Source: Myxococcota bacterium
GTDB taxonomy: Bacteria > Myxococcota > XYA12-FULL-58-9 > JABJBS01
Direction of reading: 5' to 3'
DNA length: 64,000 nt
Assembly (NCBI GenBank): GCA_036339465.1
Contig: JAYZAY010000056.1
Location: 3,119-67,118 of the forward strand
Part shown: positions 19,882 to 30,219 of the stretch, one piece after another
How the letters are laid out: every line of letters starts with the position of its first letter
Position numbering within the stretch: position 1 is the first letter of the stretch
Program-made: the position numbers and the translations under genes
The notes under the pieces: generated by a model
Seen by the model: the letters and a program-made list of their open reading frames with translations, nothing else
Databases searched by the model: none
Told to the model about the DNA's origin: nothing

Positions 19882-21894
19882 ATGAGATACCAACTCCGTG
19901 TTTGGTTTGTTCTTTGGGGTCTTCTTTTGACCTGTGGATGTGAGGATACTGTCGCAAATAAGGAACCCGAAACCGAGTCAGGTGACGTAACTAAAAGAAA
20001 CTTCACCTACCGGGCCATTACGGGGGTGAGTATGGGGGGAAGCGGTGCAGCCCAACTGGCACTTTATCGTCCTGAACTCTTTGATTATATCGGTGCGCTC
20101 GGGTCGCCATTGATCAGTTTGAAATCCTTTGGCCGTATATTGAGGAGGAGCTGGTTGCGAGGGTTCTGTAGTCTTGAGCTCCTCGAGGAAATGCACGCGG
20201 CTGGGGTTGACCTTAATTCGGAGGCGGCCTTTTGTGGGATACACTCGCCGACACCGGTTGGTAATCTGGAACCAGAATTTACCCAGGTGCCTACGGAGTG
20301 GCTCACTAACCCGGAAGATATGATTTATGAGTTTCCGAGTGATTTTAATCATTGGTATCGAGGTCACGAAGGTGGCCGAGGAGCTTCCTATTTCAGGGCG
20401 GGACTGATCAAAACCTTTTTTGACTTGTTTAAGGCCTACGGCAATCCTTTCTACGAAGGCAACGACCAAGTTCCGTGGGCCGCTCCTGGAATCACGAGGG
20501 AATGGGAAAAATTAAGTAAAGCGGAGAAATGTGCCCAGCCGGTGGTGTTGGATAAATTTTACAATGCAGAGTACAACCCAACCGGAAGTTATCCCGTAAT
20601 CTCGTTTTGCGATGGAGAACATCGAGATGTAGAAGGCACCCAAGAAAGTTTTCATGCGAGACTTCTTCCTGAAACGCCTCGGAGTATTCCTTTCTATCTA
20701 TTACTTGCCGTGGATATTAATCGAAATGGGGTCCGAGATTACGGTGAGCCTGTGATCCACAATTCCGCAGAACGATATGTTGATTATGGCGTTGATGGCC
20801 TCGCAGATACAGAGGAGCCTGGTTATGATTCGATTCTCAATCCGGACCCGGCTGGGGATAATTATAATCCCATCAGCAATGCCACAGGAACCGAAAGGAA
20901 TTATGCTCGAGATGAGGGGGAGGCCTACACCGACTATGGCCTGGATGGTGTTCCAAATACCCATGATTACGGTGAGAACAATAATCAATTCGACTGGAGT
21001 CCGGGCTGGGAACGGGCTAGGCAGTTCGATCCACATTCGTTGCTCGAGGCCTTGTCGGCTGACCAATTAAACAATTTGGATGTCTATGTGGATGCAGGTA
21101 TCCGGGATTTTATGAACTCAGCCATCAATTCCAATGCTTTCTTTGGTGCTTTGTGCTCAAAGACCTCAAGTGAACTGTGTGTAGAATATGAGGGATTTAG
21201 TGAATTGGGATTTGACCTGACGGCTATTGACCCCTCGGGATTTATACCAGAGGCCGCCAATAAGTTTACGTATGTTCGCTATGGATCGGTCGATGCGAGT
21301 CTCTCGGATATTCATGCGGGGGATGGTAACCATGTAGGGAAAATAAATCAGGTGGTCAGTCGCGTGATTGGAGCATTTACAGTGATTCAAGATCTCTGGC
21401 CCAACCCCAAACGCGAAGTCCGAGACAATCCCTTTGGAAAGGAGCCCTATGTTGGGGTGGGTAAGTACCGAAGTGAGACTCTCCATATGGAGCAAGAGTA
21501 TAGCTATGTCCTTCCGCCTGGTTATCACGAACCAGAGTTGGCGGACGAACGCTATCCGGTGATGTTTTTTCTCCATGGACAGGGCATGAAGCATTCGATG
21601 TTGAAGGCGGCTGCCTTCGCTTTTCATTCATTTATGGCAGAGGAATATCAGGGCAACGAGACGCCCTGGACAAAATTCATCATCATTTTGCCCGATGGAA
21701 ACTGTAAGCAGGGTGTGTGTGGTTCCGGGAATTTCTGGACGGATTTTTCAACAGGCGAGGAGAGTCATCGATATCGACAGGATTTCTACGAGCTCCTTGA
21801 GCATGTGGATAGGGATTTTCGCACATTGAGCGGCTCTCCGGTCGATAGCACAGTAGCTCATGGCGGCCTCACGAGAGTTGGAAGTGTTGAATAA
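19882..21894 (+). CDS. Secreted lipoprotein with two esterase-like (alpha/beta hydrolase, putative esterase family) halves and TSP3-like Asp-rich calcium-binding inserts
   Basis: Lipobox LLTCGC. The N-terminal half has GVSMGGSGAAQLALYRPELFDYIGALGSP, an esterase GxSxG motif; the C-terminal half has PVMFFLHGQGM. DxDxDG-like repeats lie between the two halves. Confidence 0.6.
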   Translation: MRYQLRVWFVLWGLLLTCGCEDTVANKEPETESGDVTKRNFTYRAITGVSMGGSGAAQLALYRPELFDYIGALGSPLISLKSFGRILRRSWLRGFCSLELLEEMHAAGVDLNSEAAFCGIHSPTPVGNLEPEFTQVPTEWLTNPEDMIYEFPSDFNHWYRGHEGGRGASYFRAGLIKTFFDLFKAYGNPFYEGNDQVPWAAPGITREWEKLSKAEKCAQPVVLDKFYNAEYNPTGSYPVISFCDGEHRDVEGTQESFHARLLPETPRSIPFYLLLAVDINRNGVRDYGEPVIHNSAERYVDYGVDGLADTEEPGYDSILNPDPAGDNYNPISNATGTERNYARDEGEAYTDYGLDGVPNTHDYGENNNQFDWSPGWERARQFDPHSLLEALSADQLNNLDVYVDAGIRDFMNSAINSNAFFGALCSKTSSELCVEYEGFSELGFDLTAIDPSGFIPEAANKFTYVRYGSVDASLSDIHAGDGNHVGKINQVVSRVIGAFTVIQDLWPNPKREVRDNPFGKEPYVGVGKYRSETLHMEQEYSYVLPPGYHEPELADERYPVMFFLHGQGMKHSMLKAAAFAFHSFMAEEYQGNETPWTKFIIILPDGNCKQGVCGSGNFWTDFSTGEESHRYRQDFYELLEHVDRDFRTLSGSPVDSTVAHGGLTRVGSVE

Positions 21895-22280
21895 GGCATC
21901 GCTAGACGACATGTCACTGAGCGTTCCTATGACGTATTCTGCGAAACTCCGAACGTAGAACCGGTGGTTCCTAGTCTCTTGGCAGCTCAATCACGTTGTC
22001 AGGCGTTAAGTCTTTATCCGCCAGATCCGGGATGGGAAAAGTGGTTATGGATGGATTTTGCGCGAATGCGGGTGGCCCTTTTGGTGCATCTAGTTGTGAT
22101 TTTGTTTTTGGGAGCACCGGGGGTAGTTTTTTTTGCATCCGAGTTGGTAGAATTTTTAAGTGACGAAGAGTTTAACTGTGGTTTATGTGTGTTGATTGAA
22201 TCCATCATGGGTTTCTGATTCTATGGCGTGTTATTGGGCGAGGGCTGGCTAATTGTTTTCGATGGGGGTAAACCACCACC

Positions 22281-22601
22281 ATGACCGTCCTCATCTTTTC
22301 GTTTTTTATTGCTTTGACGTTGGGCGTTTTTGGTTGGCGACTGAGTCGCTTGTGGCTAGAAAAACGCACTTGGGAAAAGCGTGATGGTAATCGGTCAACC
22401 CGCCCGCTCTCCATTCGTCGCTTTGATGAAATGGAGGCTCATATGAGGGCTTCACCCTGCGCTTGTGGGGGGATGTTTGTGCTTCGTTCGGAAGGTTCTC
22501 GAAATTTAGGTGGTCAGCGGATCCGGGTGGTGCATGCGGAGTGTACCCGCTGCGAGCGAGAGGTGGATTTTTTCTTTCGGATGGACCAGATGCTGAACTA
22601 G
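22281..22601 (+). CDS. Small hypothetical protein with possible Cys4 zinc ribbon
   Basis: CACGG...CTRCE pairs; weak. Confidence 0.3.
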   Translation: MTVLIFSFFIALTLGVFGWRLSRLWLEKRTWEKRDGNRSTRPLSIRRFDEMEAHMRASPCACGGMFVLRSEGSRNLGGQRIRVVHAECTRCEREVDFFFRMDQMLN

Positions 22602-22926
22602 CGCCTTGAGCCTATGGCTTTTGGATACTACCGTCCCTCCCCCCATGGTAGAGGCCGTGGCAGGGGCCGTGGCAGAAAATATTGAAAACGCGAGAACTCG
22701 CGCTGGATTGATGTGAGAGCCCCATGGGTGTTATCGGTGGGTGGTTTTATCGGTTCATATAAGAGTGTGGGTGTGGGTTAATACACCGAAAATCATTCAA
22801 CGGTGTTTAGGGGATATTCGAGGTCTTTTCGGGAAGGATGGTTGTTGCCGATGGATGATGAATTGTAGGTGTTTGGGGGCAGTGTGCTTTTTGAAAAAGC
22901 GATGTTGGTTGTAAATATGAGAGAGC

Positions 22927-23979
22927 TTAGGGGGTGGTCGAAAGGGCTGCGAGGAGGGTCATAAAGCAAAAGGATGTTCCTAGGATCAAGGCAGTGAGTA
23001 ACCAGCCATTTCCTTGAGCGGGTTGTAGAACCACCGACCTGGATGGGGTGGCCACAGCGGTCGTGTTTTGTATGATTGGGCCCAAAACGAGATTTCCTAT
23101 CACTGATCCGTAAAATGGTGTTAGCAAAGTTACTGCCATGGCCGGTCCGAGGGTAGACAGGTTATCGAGATTTTGGAGAATCTTCACACATCCGATGAAA
23201 AATCCCATGGCTCCTAAACCCAGGGCTAAAAGTTTAGAGGTGGATAGAATGGTTTGATCTTTGATGGCTCTGTTTTTGCCCGTCGCTTTGGGTTTTATGC
23301 CGTTTTTGATGGCTCCCCACAGGTCAGTGGGAGAGTGATTGGCCAAAGTAAAGGTGAGGATTCCTCCAACCACCAAAAGGATGCTCGGTGCATCAATGTA
23401 GCGAAAAATGTTTGCCAGACTGGACATGACTCCAACGAGGACGGCGATTCCCAGGATGGAGAAGAGGATGGTGCGGTTTGTTTGGGGTTGGCCACGGCTA
23501 GAATTGTCTTGTTCTATGTGGGGTGGAGGGGGATCGTCGTTTAAGTCATGGGCACCCTTGACGACCATACGATTCACCAAAGGTCCGATGATGATTTCAG
23601 CGAGAATGATGCCGTAGAGGGAGCTGAGCAAGGCGACGGCCATGGCCGGTCCAATGGTGGACGGATCTTCGAGGTTTGCCAGCATGGTGATTAAGCCTAT
23701 GAACATGCCGGTCATCCCCGTGTAGAGTGCTAGGTTTCGCATCGTCGACATGACGGCTATGTGCTTGAGAATTCCTTCTGCAGAGCAGGGGTCGTTGTTC
23801 AAAGATATTCTTAATGCCTCGACAACGTTTTGGACTGAATGCGAAGCCAAGGTGAAGAACATTGTTCCTCCCACCACTACAGCGATACTTGGTAGGTTGA
23901 TAAATGCTGCGACTGTGCCATCCATCCAAATGGCGCCAATGATGAGTGAAAGACCGAGTAGTGCGAAAAGTAGTCGCAT
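22927..23979 (-). CDS. Membrane protein with two tandem MotA/TolQ/ExbB-like proton-channel units
   Basis: Start at the ATG at 23979, preceded by agggaggg. Two internally similar halves each end in LGPAMAV(A/T)LL...YG..(I/L)...(I/L)GP. Confidence 0.5.
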   Translation of the reverse strand: MRLLFALLGLSLIIGAIWMDGTVAAFINLPSIAVVVGGTMFFTLASHSVQNVVEALRISLNNDPCSAEGILKHIAVMSTMRNLALYTGMTGMFIGLITMLANLEDPSTIGPAMAVALLSSLYGIILAEIIIGPLVNRMVVKGAHDLNDDPPPPHIEQDNSSRGQPQTNRTILFSILGIAVLVGVMSSLANIFRYIDAPSILLVVGGILTFTLANHSPTDLWGAIKNGIKPKATGKNRAIKDQTILSTSKLLALGLGAMGFFIGCVKILQNLDNLSTLGPAMAVTLLTPFYGSVIGNLVLGPIIQNTTAVATPSRSVVLQPAQGNGWLLTALILGTSFCFMTLLAALSTTP

Positions 23980-24231
23980 TTTTCCCTCCCTGTAGTTGAT
24001 TACGCGAGACCCTGTTACGTGAGATAAGCTCACTCCTGCCGTTGCACGCCTTCTTAGAGCATAGTGACCCTGTCATGTTGGCAACAAGAGAAATCGTTTG
24101 AGGCTGTGTGGTCGGTCGTTCTGATGACCATTTTATTAGGGGTGAGATTCAATCTCGTGATTTGACTTCATTGCCATACATGGGATCTTGAGGATTTTTT
24201 CGAACTCTCAATCCTTGATGGTTTCGTTGTC

Positions 24232-24690
24232 CTAAAGTGGGATGTCGGTTTTTTTCTTGACGGTTCGAAGGGCAAAGTTGGACTGAACTCGAACCACTCC
24301 AGGAAGTCGAGTTAGGTGTTTGGTGTGAAGTCGTTCGTAGTCTGCGATGTCTTCTACAATAACCCTTACGAGATAATCGGAGGTCCCCGACATCAAGTAA
24401 CATTCCATAATCTCGGGGACACCTCGTACCGCTTGTTCAAATTTCTCCAGTTCTTCTTGGGTTTGACGTTCCAAGGTAATTTGGACAAATACGTTTCCTG
24501 GTCGACCGGTCCCTGCTTGGTCCACGAGCATGACATAGCGATCGATCACGCCGCTGCGTTCGAGTTGCTTTACTCGCCTTAGACATGCGGATTCAGACAG
24601 GCCGACATCTTCGGCGAGCATCACATTGCTCAATCGCCCATTGGCTTGAAGGGCGATGAGGATGGCTCGGTCAATCGCGTCTAGCTTCAT
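24232..24690 (-). CDS. Lrp/AsnC-family transcriptional regulator
   Basis: N-terminal HTH: DRAILIALQANGRLSNVMLAEDVGLSESACLRRVKQLERSGVI. C-terminal RAM domain. Confidence 0.85.
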   Translation of the reverse strand: MKLDAIDRAILIALQANGRLSNVMLAEDVGLSESACLRRVKQLERSGVIDRYVMLVDQAGTGRPGNVFVQITLERQTQEELEKFEQAVRGVPEIMECYLMSGTSDYLVRVIVEDIADYERLHTKHLTRLPGVVRVQSNFALRTVKKKTDIPL

Positions 24691-24862
24691 TTTTCGTAGA
24701 TCCTTGCGTGGCTTTACTATTAATTGACCAAAGCTTGCTTAGTCTTAGCGATCTTTGATGAGATTCGCAAGGACATGCGCCGGGCTTTTCAGATAAGTAG
24801 ATGAGTCAGAATGGAGTGGGGAAAGCGCCCCCCCCCTCGCGACAACGCAGGAGAGCTAAATA

Positions 24863-25948
24863 ATGAAAATCGGTGTTCCAAAGGAAATCAAGAATCATGA
24901 GTATCGCGTAGGTTTGGTGCCTTCGAGTGTGCAAGATTTGGTCGCGAATGGGCATGAGGTCTTGGTGGAAACCACTGCGGGTGAGGGGGTTGGTTTTTCT
25001 GATGAAGAGTATTGCCAAGTGGGTGCCACGATTGTCAGTGATGCGAAGTCGGTCTTCGATCAGGCTGTGCTGATTGTGAAAGTCAAGGAGCCGCAGTTGC
25101 ATGAATGTGCGATGCTTAAGTCGCACCAGACCCTTTTTACTTACCTCCACTTGGCGGCGGACAAGGCTCAAGCTGAGGCTTTGCAGGCATCGGGCGCCAC
25201 GGCGATTGCCTATGAAACCGTGACATCCGACCATGGCAGACTTCCACTTCTCACGCCCATGAGTGAGGTGGCAGGGCGTATGTCTGTGCAGGTTGGTGCC
25301 TATGCCTTACAGAAGGCATCGGGGGGAGCTGGTGTGCTTCTCGGTGGTGTTTCTGGAGTGGAACCGGCGAAAGTGGTGGTTCTTGGTGGCGGCGTGGCCG
25401 GAACCAATGCTGCGGAAATGGCTGTGGGGCTCAAGGCTGATGTCGTCGTTTTGGATAAATCAGTGGACAGGCTTCGTGAATTACAATTCGCATTTGGCAA
25501 CACCATTAAGGCGGTTTACTCGAATGCTCAGGCCCTCGAAAAACACGTGGTTGATGCGGATTTGGTGATTGGATCCGTGCTGATTCCCGGTGCAGCTGCG
25601 CCGAAGCTGGTCACGCGCGCGATGGTTTCTAGAATGCGAAAAGGTTCCGCCATGGTCGATATATCTATTGATCAGGGTGGATGTTTTGAAACCAGTAAAC
25701 CCACCACCCATGCCGAACCCACTTATGTTGTTGATGGTGTGGTTCACTATTGTGTCACGAATATGCCTGGGGCGGTGGCAAGGACTGCCGCTGTGGCTCT
25801 CAATAATGTCACCTTGCGATATGTTAAAAACTTAGCCAATATGGGAACCGCTCAAGCCATTGAGGAGGATATCCATCTTCGGGCTGGGGTGAATGTCGAG
25901 GGTGGGAAAATCACGCATGCTGCCGTTGCCGAAGCTTTAAATCTCTAA
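24863..25948 (+). CDS. ald: Alanine dehydrogenase
   Basis: MKIGVPKEIKNHEYRVGLVPSSV N-terminus, Rossmann motif VVLGGGVAGTNAA, 361 aa; divergent from the Lrp regulator, as in known AldR-ald pairs. Confidence 0.9.
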   Translation: MKIGVPKEIKNHEYRVGLVPSSVQDLVANGHEVLVETTAGEGVGFSDEEYCQVGATIVSDAKSVFDQAVLIVKVKEPQLHECAMLKSHQTLFTYLHLAADKAQAEALQASGATAIAYETVTSDHGRLPLLTPMSEVAGRMSVQVGAYALQKASGGAGVLLGGVSGVEPAKVVVLGGGVAGTNAAEMAVGLKADVVVLDKSVDRLRELQFAFGNTIKAVYSNAQALEKHVVDADLVIGSVLIPGAAAPKLVTRAMVSRMRKGSAMVDISIDQGGCFETSKPTTHAEPTYVVDGVVHYCVTNMPGAVARTAAVALNNVTLRYVKNLANMGTAQAIEEDIHLRAGVNVEGGKITHAAVAEALNL

Positions 25949-26139
25949 TCCTTTGACTGTATTGGGACGGTGACTATGGGTTTATAAGTTGACCCTCAAT
26001 CCCACACCAGCCGATGGTCTGATAATTTTATGGGTGATTTATTTGTGATTTCTCCAAGGCAGCCGATATCCCTGCGCGTCCCATTGGTTGTGTAGGCGGC
26101 CGTAGAAGCATGAGGTTTTGAGGAGGAGAGCATCGATAG

Positions 26140-26841
26140 CTATTTTTTGGGTGCCGGAGGCACAAAGTCTTTGAGGTCGTCATTGAGCGTGGCCCGAATG
26201 TGCTCCACGGTTTTGTCTCTGAGTCGCTTTTTCGTGGCGTTAAAGGCGCCCGAATCCATGGCGCCTAGTTTAGCGGCTTTGGCGATGGAGACATCGAGCA
26301 CCTGGTCATGATCGACTACCCGATCTAGGTAGCCTACGTCTAGTGCTTGGATTGGGGCATAAATTTGAGCGAGGAGTGTGGCTTCTGTCACAAAGGAGGG
26401 GCGGAGTCGTTCGCGGGCCAAATCCAAGGCAAAAATGGGAAGAGGCATGCCCAGGGCAACTTCATTTAATCCGATTTTGAACTCGCCTTCTGCCCCGATG
26501 CGATAGTCGCCGGTGCAGAGCATGACGGCTCCACCGGCCACGGCGTGTCCAGTGCAAGCGAGAACCAAAGGTTTGGGGAATGAATAGAGGCGAAGGTAGA
26601 GCTCCACGCCGGTCTTGAGTAAAGAGACGGCGCTTTGGGCACTGGCCATCATGAGTTTAAGGTCGAAACCCGCTGAAAACCGACCTTCCCGACCGGCGAG
26701 CACCACGGTTTCGCATTCGGCTTCGGCCCGGTTGAGGGTTTCCATGAGTCCGCCAATGAGGGCTGGGGTGAGGGCATTGGCTTTGCCATCGTCCATTTGA
26801 ATCAAGCCCACTCCATTGTCTCGTTTTTCATAATTCAGCAT
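26140..26841 (-). CDS. Enoyl-CoA hydratase/isomerase (crotonase) family protein
   Basis: Start at the ATG at 26841, preceded by aaggag. Crotonase fold motifs (ACTGHAVAGGAVMLCTGDYRI). Confidence 0.7.
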   Translation of the reverse strand: MLNYEKRDNGVGLIQMDDGKANALTPALIGGLMETLNRAEAECETVVLAGREGRFSAGFDLKLMMASAQSAVSLLKTGVELYLRLYSFPKPLVLACTGHAVAGGAVMLCTGDYRIGAEGEFKIGLNEVALGMPLPIFALDLARERLRPSFVTEATLLAQIYAPIQALDVGYLDRVVDHDQVLDVSIAKAAKLGAMDSGAFNATKKRLRDKTVEHIRATLNDDLKDFVPPAPKK

Positions 26842-26921
26842 GCTTGCTCCTTTTGGGGTATCCCCCCTAGATAAACTCCTGTTTGCAACCACCCAGGAGC
26901 TAGACTACCCTAACTCACATT

Positions 26922-28016
26922 ATGACGAAAGACTATCGACATTTTGGCTGGGAGTGTTCCCCATATTCCAGTAAGACGAGGGCCTATTTTCGTTTCAAGG
27001 GGATCCCGCATGAGGACATCTATCCTAATATTATTCAATTGAAACGCGTGGTTGAGAAGAGGGTCGGTTTCATTGTGATGCCCACGGTAATCACCCCAGA
27101 GAATCAGATGCTTCAAGACAGTAGCGAAATTATCGACATCTTGGAAAAACGCCACCCAGAGCCCAACATTCGCCCTCCAGGTCCTTGTCTGCAGATGGCT
27201 TCATTGTTGCTCGAATTATTTGCCGATGAATGGATGCCAATTATCTCAATGCACACCCGGTGGAATCTGCCTGAAAATACGAATTTCGCAAAAACGGATT
27301 TTGGTTTCAATGCGGTTCCGTGGTTGCCGGCCTTTGTGCGGAAACAAGTGGGGGGAGTTCTTGCAAAGAAAATGCAGGGTTATTTGCCTATATTGGGGAT
27401 TACTCCGAAAACGCAACCAGCCATTGAGACTTGGATGAATGAGCTCTTCGATGCTCTCGATGCACATTTACAGAAATACATGTATTTATTTGGAGGGCGT
27501 CCCTGCTTGGGGGACTTTGCGCTATACGGACCTATTTTTGCCCATGTTCGGCGGGATCCAGGTTCAAGGCATCAAATAACGAGTCGAACGCATCTGAATG
27601 CCTGGGTGCTGCGATTGAGGAATCCGACCGGTGTGCATGGAGAATTTATGATGGACGACGAGGTGCCGGCCACCCTGGACTCCGTTTTTCGGAGACTGTT
27701 TTTAGAGCAATTTCCTCTTTTACATGAAACCGTGGCGCGCGTTTCTCAGTGGAGGCAGGAGCATCCGGATGAGGTTCGATTTCCCCGTTCTTTGGGGGAT
27801 GTTGAATTTAAGCTGGGGGATGTTTCCGAGACTCGGCGATTGACGACTTTCCCCCTTTGGATGTTTCAGCGACCCTTGGGGTATTACCGGTCGATTTCGT
27901 CTGAGGAGCGCAGTGGTGTTGATGCATTCTTACGAAGGGTAGGGGGATACGAGGCGATGCAAATTGAGTTGCCCCTCCGTTTGACACGAAAGAACTTTCG
28001 AGTGGTTGTCGCTTAG
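26922..28016 (+). CDS. Glutathione S-transferase-like protein (thioredoxin-like N-domain)
   Basis: N-terminal CSPYSSKTRAYFRFKGIPHE ... VMPTVITPENQMLQDSSEIIDIL matches the GST N-domain pattern. Confidence 0.5.
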   Translation: MTKDYRHFGWECSPYSSKTRAYFRFKGIPHEDIYPNIIQLKRVVEKRVGFIVMPTVITPENQMLQDSSEIIDILEKRHPEPNIRPPGPCLQMASLLLELFADEWMPIISMHTRWNLPENTNFAKTDFGFNAVPWLPAFVRKQVGGVLAKKMQGYLPILGITPKTQPAIETWMNELFDALDAHLQKYMYLFGGRPCLGDFALYGPIFAHVRRDPGSRHQITSRTHLNAWVLRLRNPTGVHGEFMMDDEVPATLDSVFRRLFLEQFPLLHETVARVSQWRQEHPDEVRFPRSLGDVEFKLGDVSETRRLTTFPLWMFQRPLGYYRSISSEERSGVDAFLRRVGGYEAMQIELPLRLTRKNFRVVVA

Positions 28017-28033
28017 ATTTGAAAGGAGGCAGC

Positions 28034-28513
28034 TCAGCTCTTGATAACACCTTGTTGGATTTGCATTTGAGCCAGTAGATCTTGGGCTGATATTTTCTCG
28101 GCGCAATCCTTGTCTTCCTGTGCATTGGCACGATTGATATTAAGGCTTTGCACGGCGTTTTTGAGGGTGTCATCTTTTTGGTCGAGGAACTTCTGGCCTG
28201 ATTCACCCCGATCTTGTTGGGTATCGGCCACCTCGGCGCAATCCTTGTTCGGTTCGGTGGTTTTGGTGGGGTCGATGCCCTCGGTGGCTTGAGGATCTTG
28301 TAGGTCGGTAGGGTTTGGTTCTGGCTGCGCATTGGCAGGGACACCGTTTCCGGTTTTTGTGTCCATTTCAGCGGGATCGTCACCCTTGGCTCTAACTTTT
28401 TCTGCTGTTTTTACAACGTCTTCGAGAATCACTTCGTTGTTTTGTTGGGCTTCAAATTGCCGAAGCATTTCGCTTACGTCTAATTTTCCACCGCCGCCAC
28501 CAATTGAGCTCAT
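28034..28513 (-). CDS. Hypothetical acidic low-complexity protein
   Basis: 159-aa ORF, Asp/Glu/Gln/Thr/Pro-rich; no family assigned. Confidence 0.35.
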   Translation of the reverse strand: MSSIGGGGGKLDVSEMLRQFEAQQNNEVILEDVVKTAEKVRAKGDDPAEMDTKTGNGVPANAQPEPNPTDLQDPQATEGIDPTKTTEPNKDCAEVADTQQDRGESGQKFLDQKDDTLKNAVQSLNINRANAQEDKDCAEKISAQDLLAQMQIQQGVIKS

Positions 28514-28865
28514 GACCTAACCTCGCGTTTTTTCTTCAGCTTCCGATAAAAAGGGACGCCAACTTAAATTCTAATGGGTTCTTGGTGCCGGAGTCTACAG
28601 TAAAGAGGGCACCTAAGCACGCTCCTCGATGATTACACGCAGAAAACCAAGTGGGCGAGTAAACCTGGGTTCGGAAATCTATGTTTTGTCACCAGTTTTC
28701 CTCTCGGGGGTAGCCAAGGAAGTGTTTCTTTTATGGGAGAGTGTGTGTTTTGGTGGAAGTGGCGATTGAATCTATTTCCGTGGTGTGGGCATCTTCAACG
28801 TGGCCTGTGCATAGGGCCAGATCGTGAAGGTCACGACGCCACAGGGCCGTTACGCCATCGTGTGA

Positions 28866-30041
28866 TTACTGGTTGGCCTTTCTGAAATTTTTCTGCAACC
28901 ATTCTTGGAAGAGAGGAGAGTCTAGGGTGAGCTCAAGATCGTTATGGGAGTTCCCCTGGTAATTGCTGTTGAGTTCTAAGATATCGCCGCTGCTCTTCAC
29001 ATTTTCAAACTGCTGGTCTTTATGATCAGCGACGGTGAGCTTGGGACCTTTGGTGGCATCAAGGTAATATTGGGTAGATAGTCGGTTGGCACAAAAAAAC
29101 CAGGTTAGGCCGTAAATAATGGCTCCAAGGGTGTTTTTGAGAAGCCTGATGCGTGACTTTACCATGGATCCTGCGGCATCGGGTAAGCTTCGAAAGCCGC
29201 GGTCGCAGACGAGGCTCATGTTGGGGTGATTGGAGGCGAGATAGGCGGCGTGGCTTGCCCCGAGAGACCGCCCGTGAACCAAAATATCGCTGTCTTCGAT
29301 GCCTTTTTCTCTTTTGAGCCATGCGCAGATGGATTCCATATCTCTGAGTGTGCGTTGGGGGGTGGGAACTCCTTGGCTATCGCCAAAGCCACGGTAGTTG
29401 AAGAGGAGAACATTATATCCCATTTTCTCTGTGTAAAACTTGGCAAGGGTATTATTTGTCTCGTAATGGTCTGCATTGGGGCAGCAAAAGAGGACGGTTT
29501 TTGCAGTGGGGTGGTCCGTTGATTTCAAGTAAACACCGTCTAGATTGATTGTCTTGATGGGATTTTGAATGGGGCCGTAGAGATATGCCCTGACCGGAAT
29601 TGATACGTGTTCAGAATCGTTGGCGGCGAGCAGGGTTTGCCGGAAAATACGTCGGTTTTTTTGGGGCGTTATTTTTTCATTCGTGCTCCATCCTGGGTAT
29701 GTCACGGCATCCACGATTCGGCCGATGGGGAGCACAAGATTGATGAGTTGGCCGGTCAACCTTATGGGACTGAGAAGGATTTCAGTGGTGATTCGAAGTA
29801 CCTTTTGTCCCCATGACGGGTCATCCTTATGGGTGAGGTTTTCTCGTTGTGAGGAGACCGCGTACTGTGGAGCCCGCGCGAGGACATCGGTGGGGGAAAT
29901 TGCCATGGGCGACATCGCCACCTCTTGGTCTGTTGGGCTGGATGGGCGAGGGATTGGCTCAATGGGCCAAAGCGTTGTTATTTGAGGTCGGTGGATGGTT
30001 TGGATGGGCACGACGTTTCCTTGGCGAATATCTTTTTTCAA
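28866..30041 (-). CDS. Alpha/beta-fold hydrolase
   Basis: GxSxG nucleophile elbow HGRSLGAS within an alpha/beta hydrolase-like core; N-terminal extent uncertain. Confidence 0.55.
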   Translation of the reverse strand: MKKDIRQGNVVPIQTIHRPQITTLWPIEPIPRPSSPTDQEVAMSPMAISPTDVLARAPQYAVSSQRENLTHKDDPSWGQKVLRITTEILLSPIRLTGQLINLVLPIGRIVDAVTYPGWSTNEKITPQKNRRIFRQTLLAANDSEHVSIPVRAYLYGPIQNPIKTINLDGVYLKSTDHPTAKTVLFCCPNADHYETNNTLAKFYTEKMGYNVLLFNYRGFGDSQGVPTPQRTLRDMESICAWLKREKGIEDSDILVHGRSLGASHAAYLASNHPNMSLVCDRGFRSLPDAAGSMVKSRIRLLKNTLGAIIYGLTWFFCANRLSTQYYLDATKGPKLTVADHKDQQFENVKSSGDILELNSNYQGNSHNDLELTLDSPLFQEWLQKNFRKANQ

Positions 30042-30219
30042 TTACCTTTTTCAATGGCTGTAAGGATTATCGAAATGCGGATGGGTTTGTTGCGCTTTTG
30101 CATGTGTAAGTGACTGATATTAGCGACTATTCACCGATGGACCAGGCGCTGGCTTAAATTTGCATCTCGGCACCGAACTCGATACCAATCAGCAACTCGC
30201 CAAAGCAGGAGGCTAGGCT

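Noticed and set aside
22602-22926. Short direct repeats ggccgtggcag x2 and a poly-C/G stretch in the intergenic region
   Set aside because: Only two copies about 11 bp apart; no evidence of function. Probably chance in GC-rich intergenic DNA.
24691-24862. Lrp-ald divergent intergenic region as something novel
   Set aside because: This is the well-known AldR(Lrp)-ald regulatory arrangement; ordinary.
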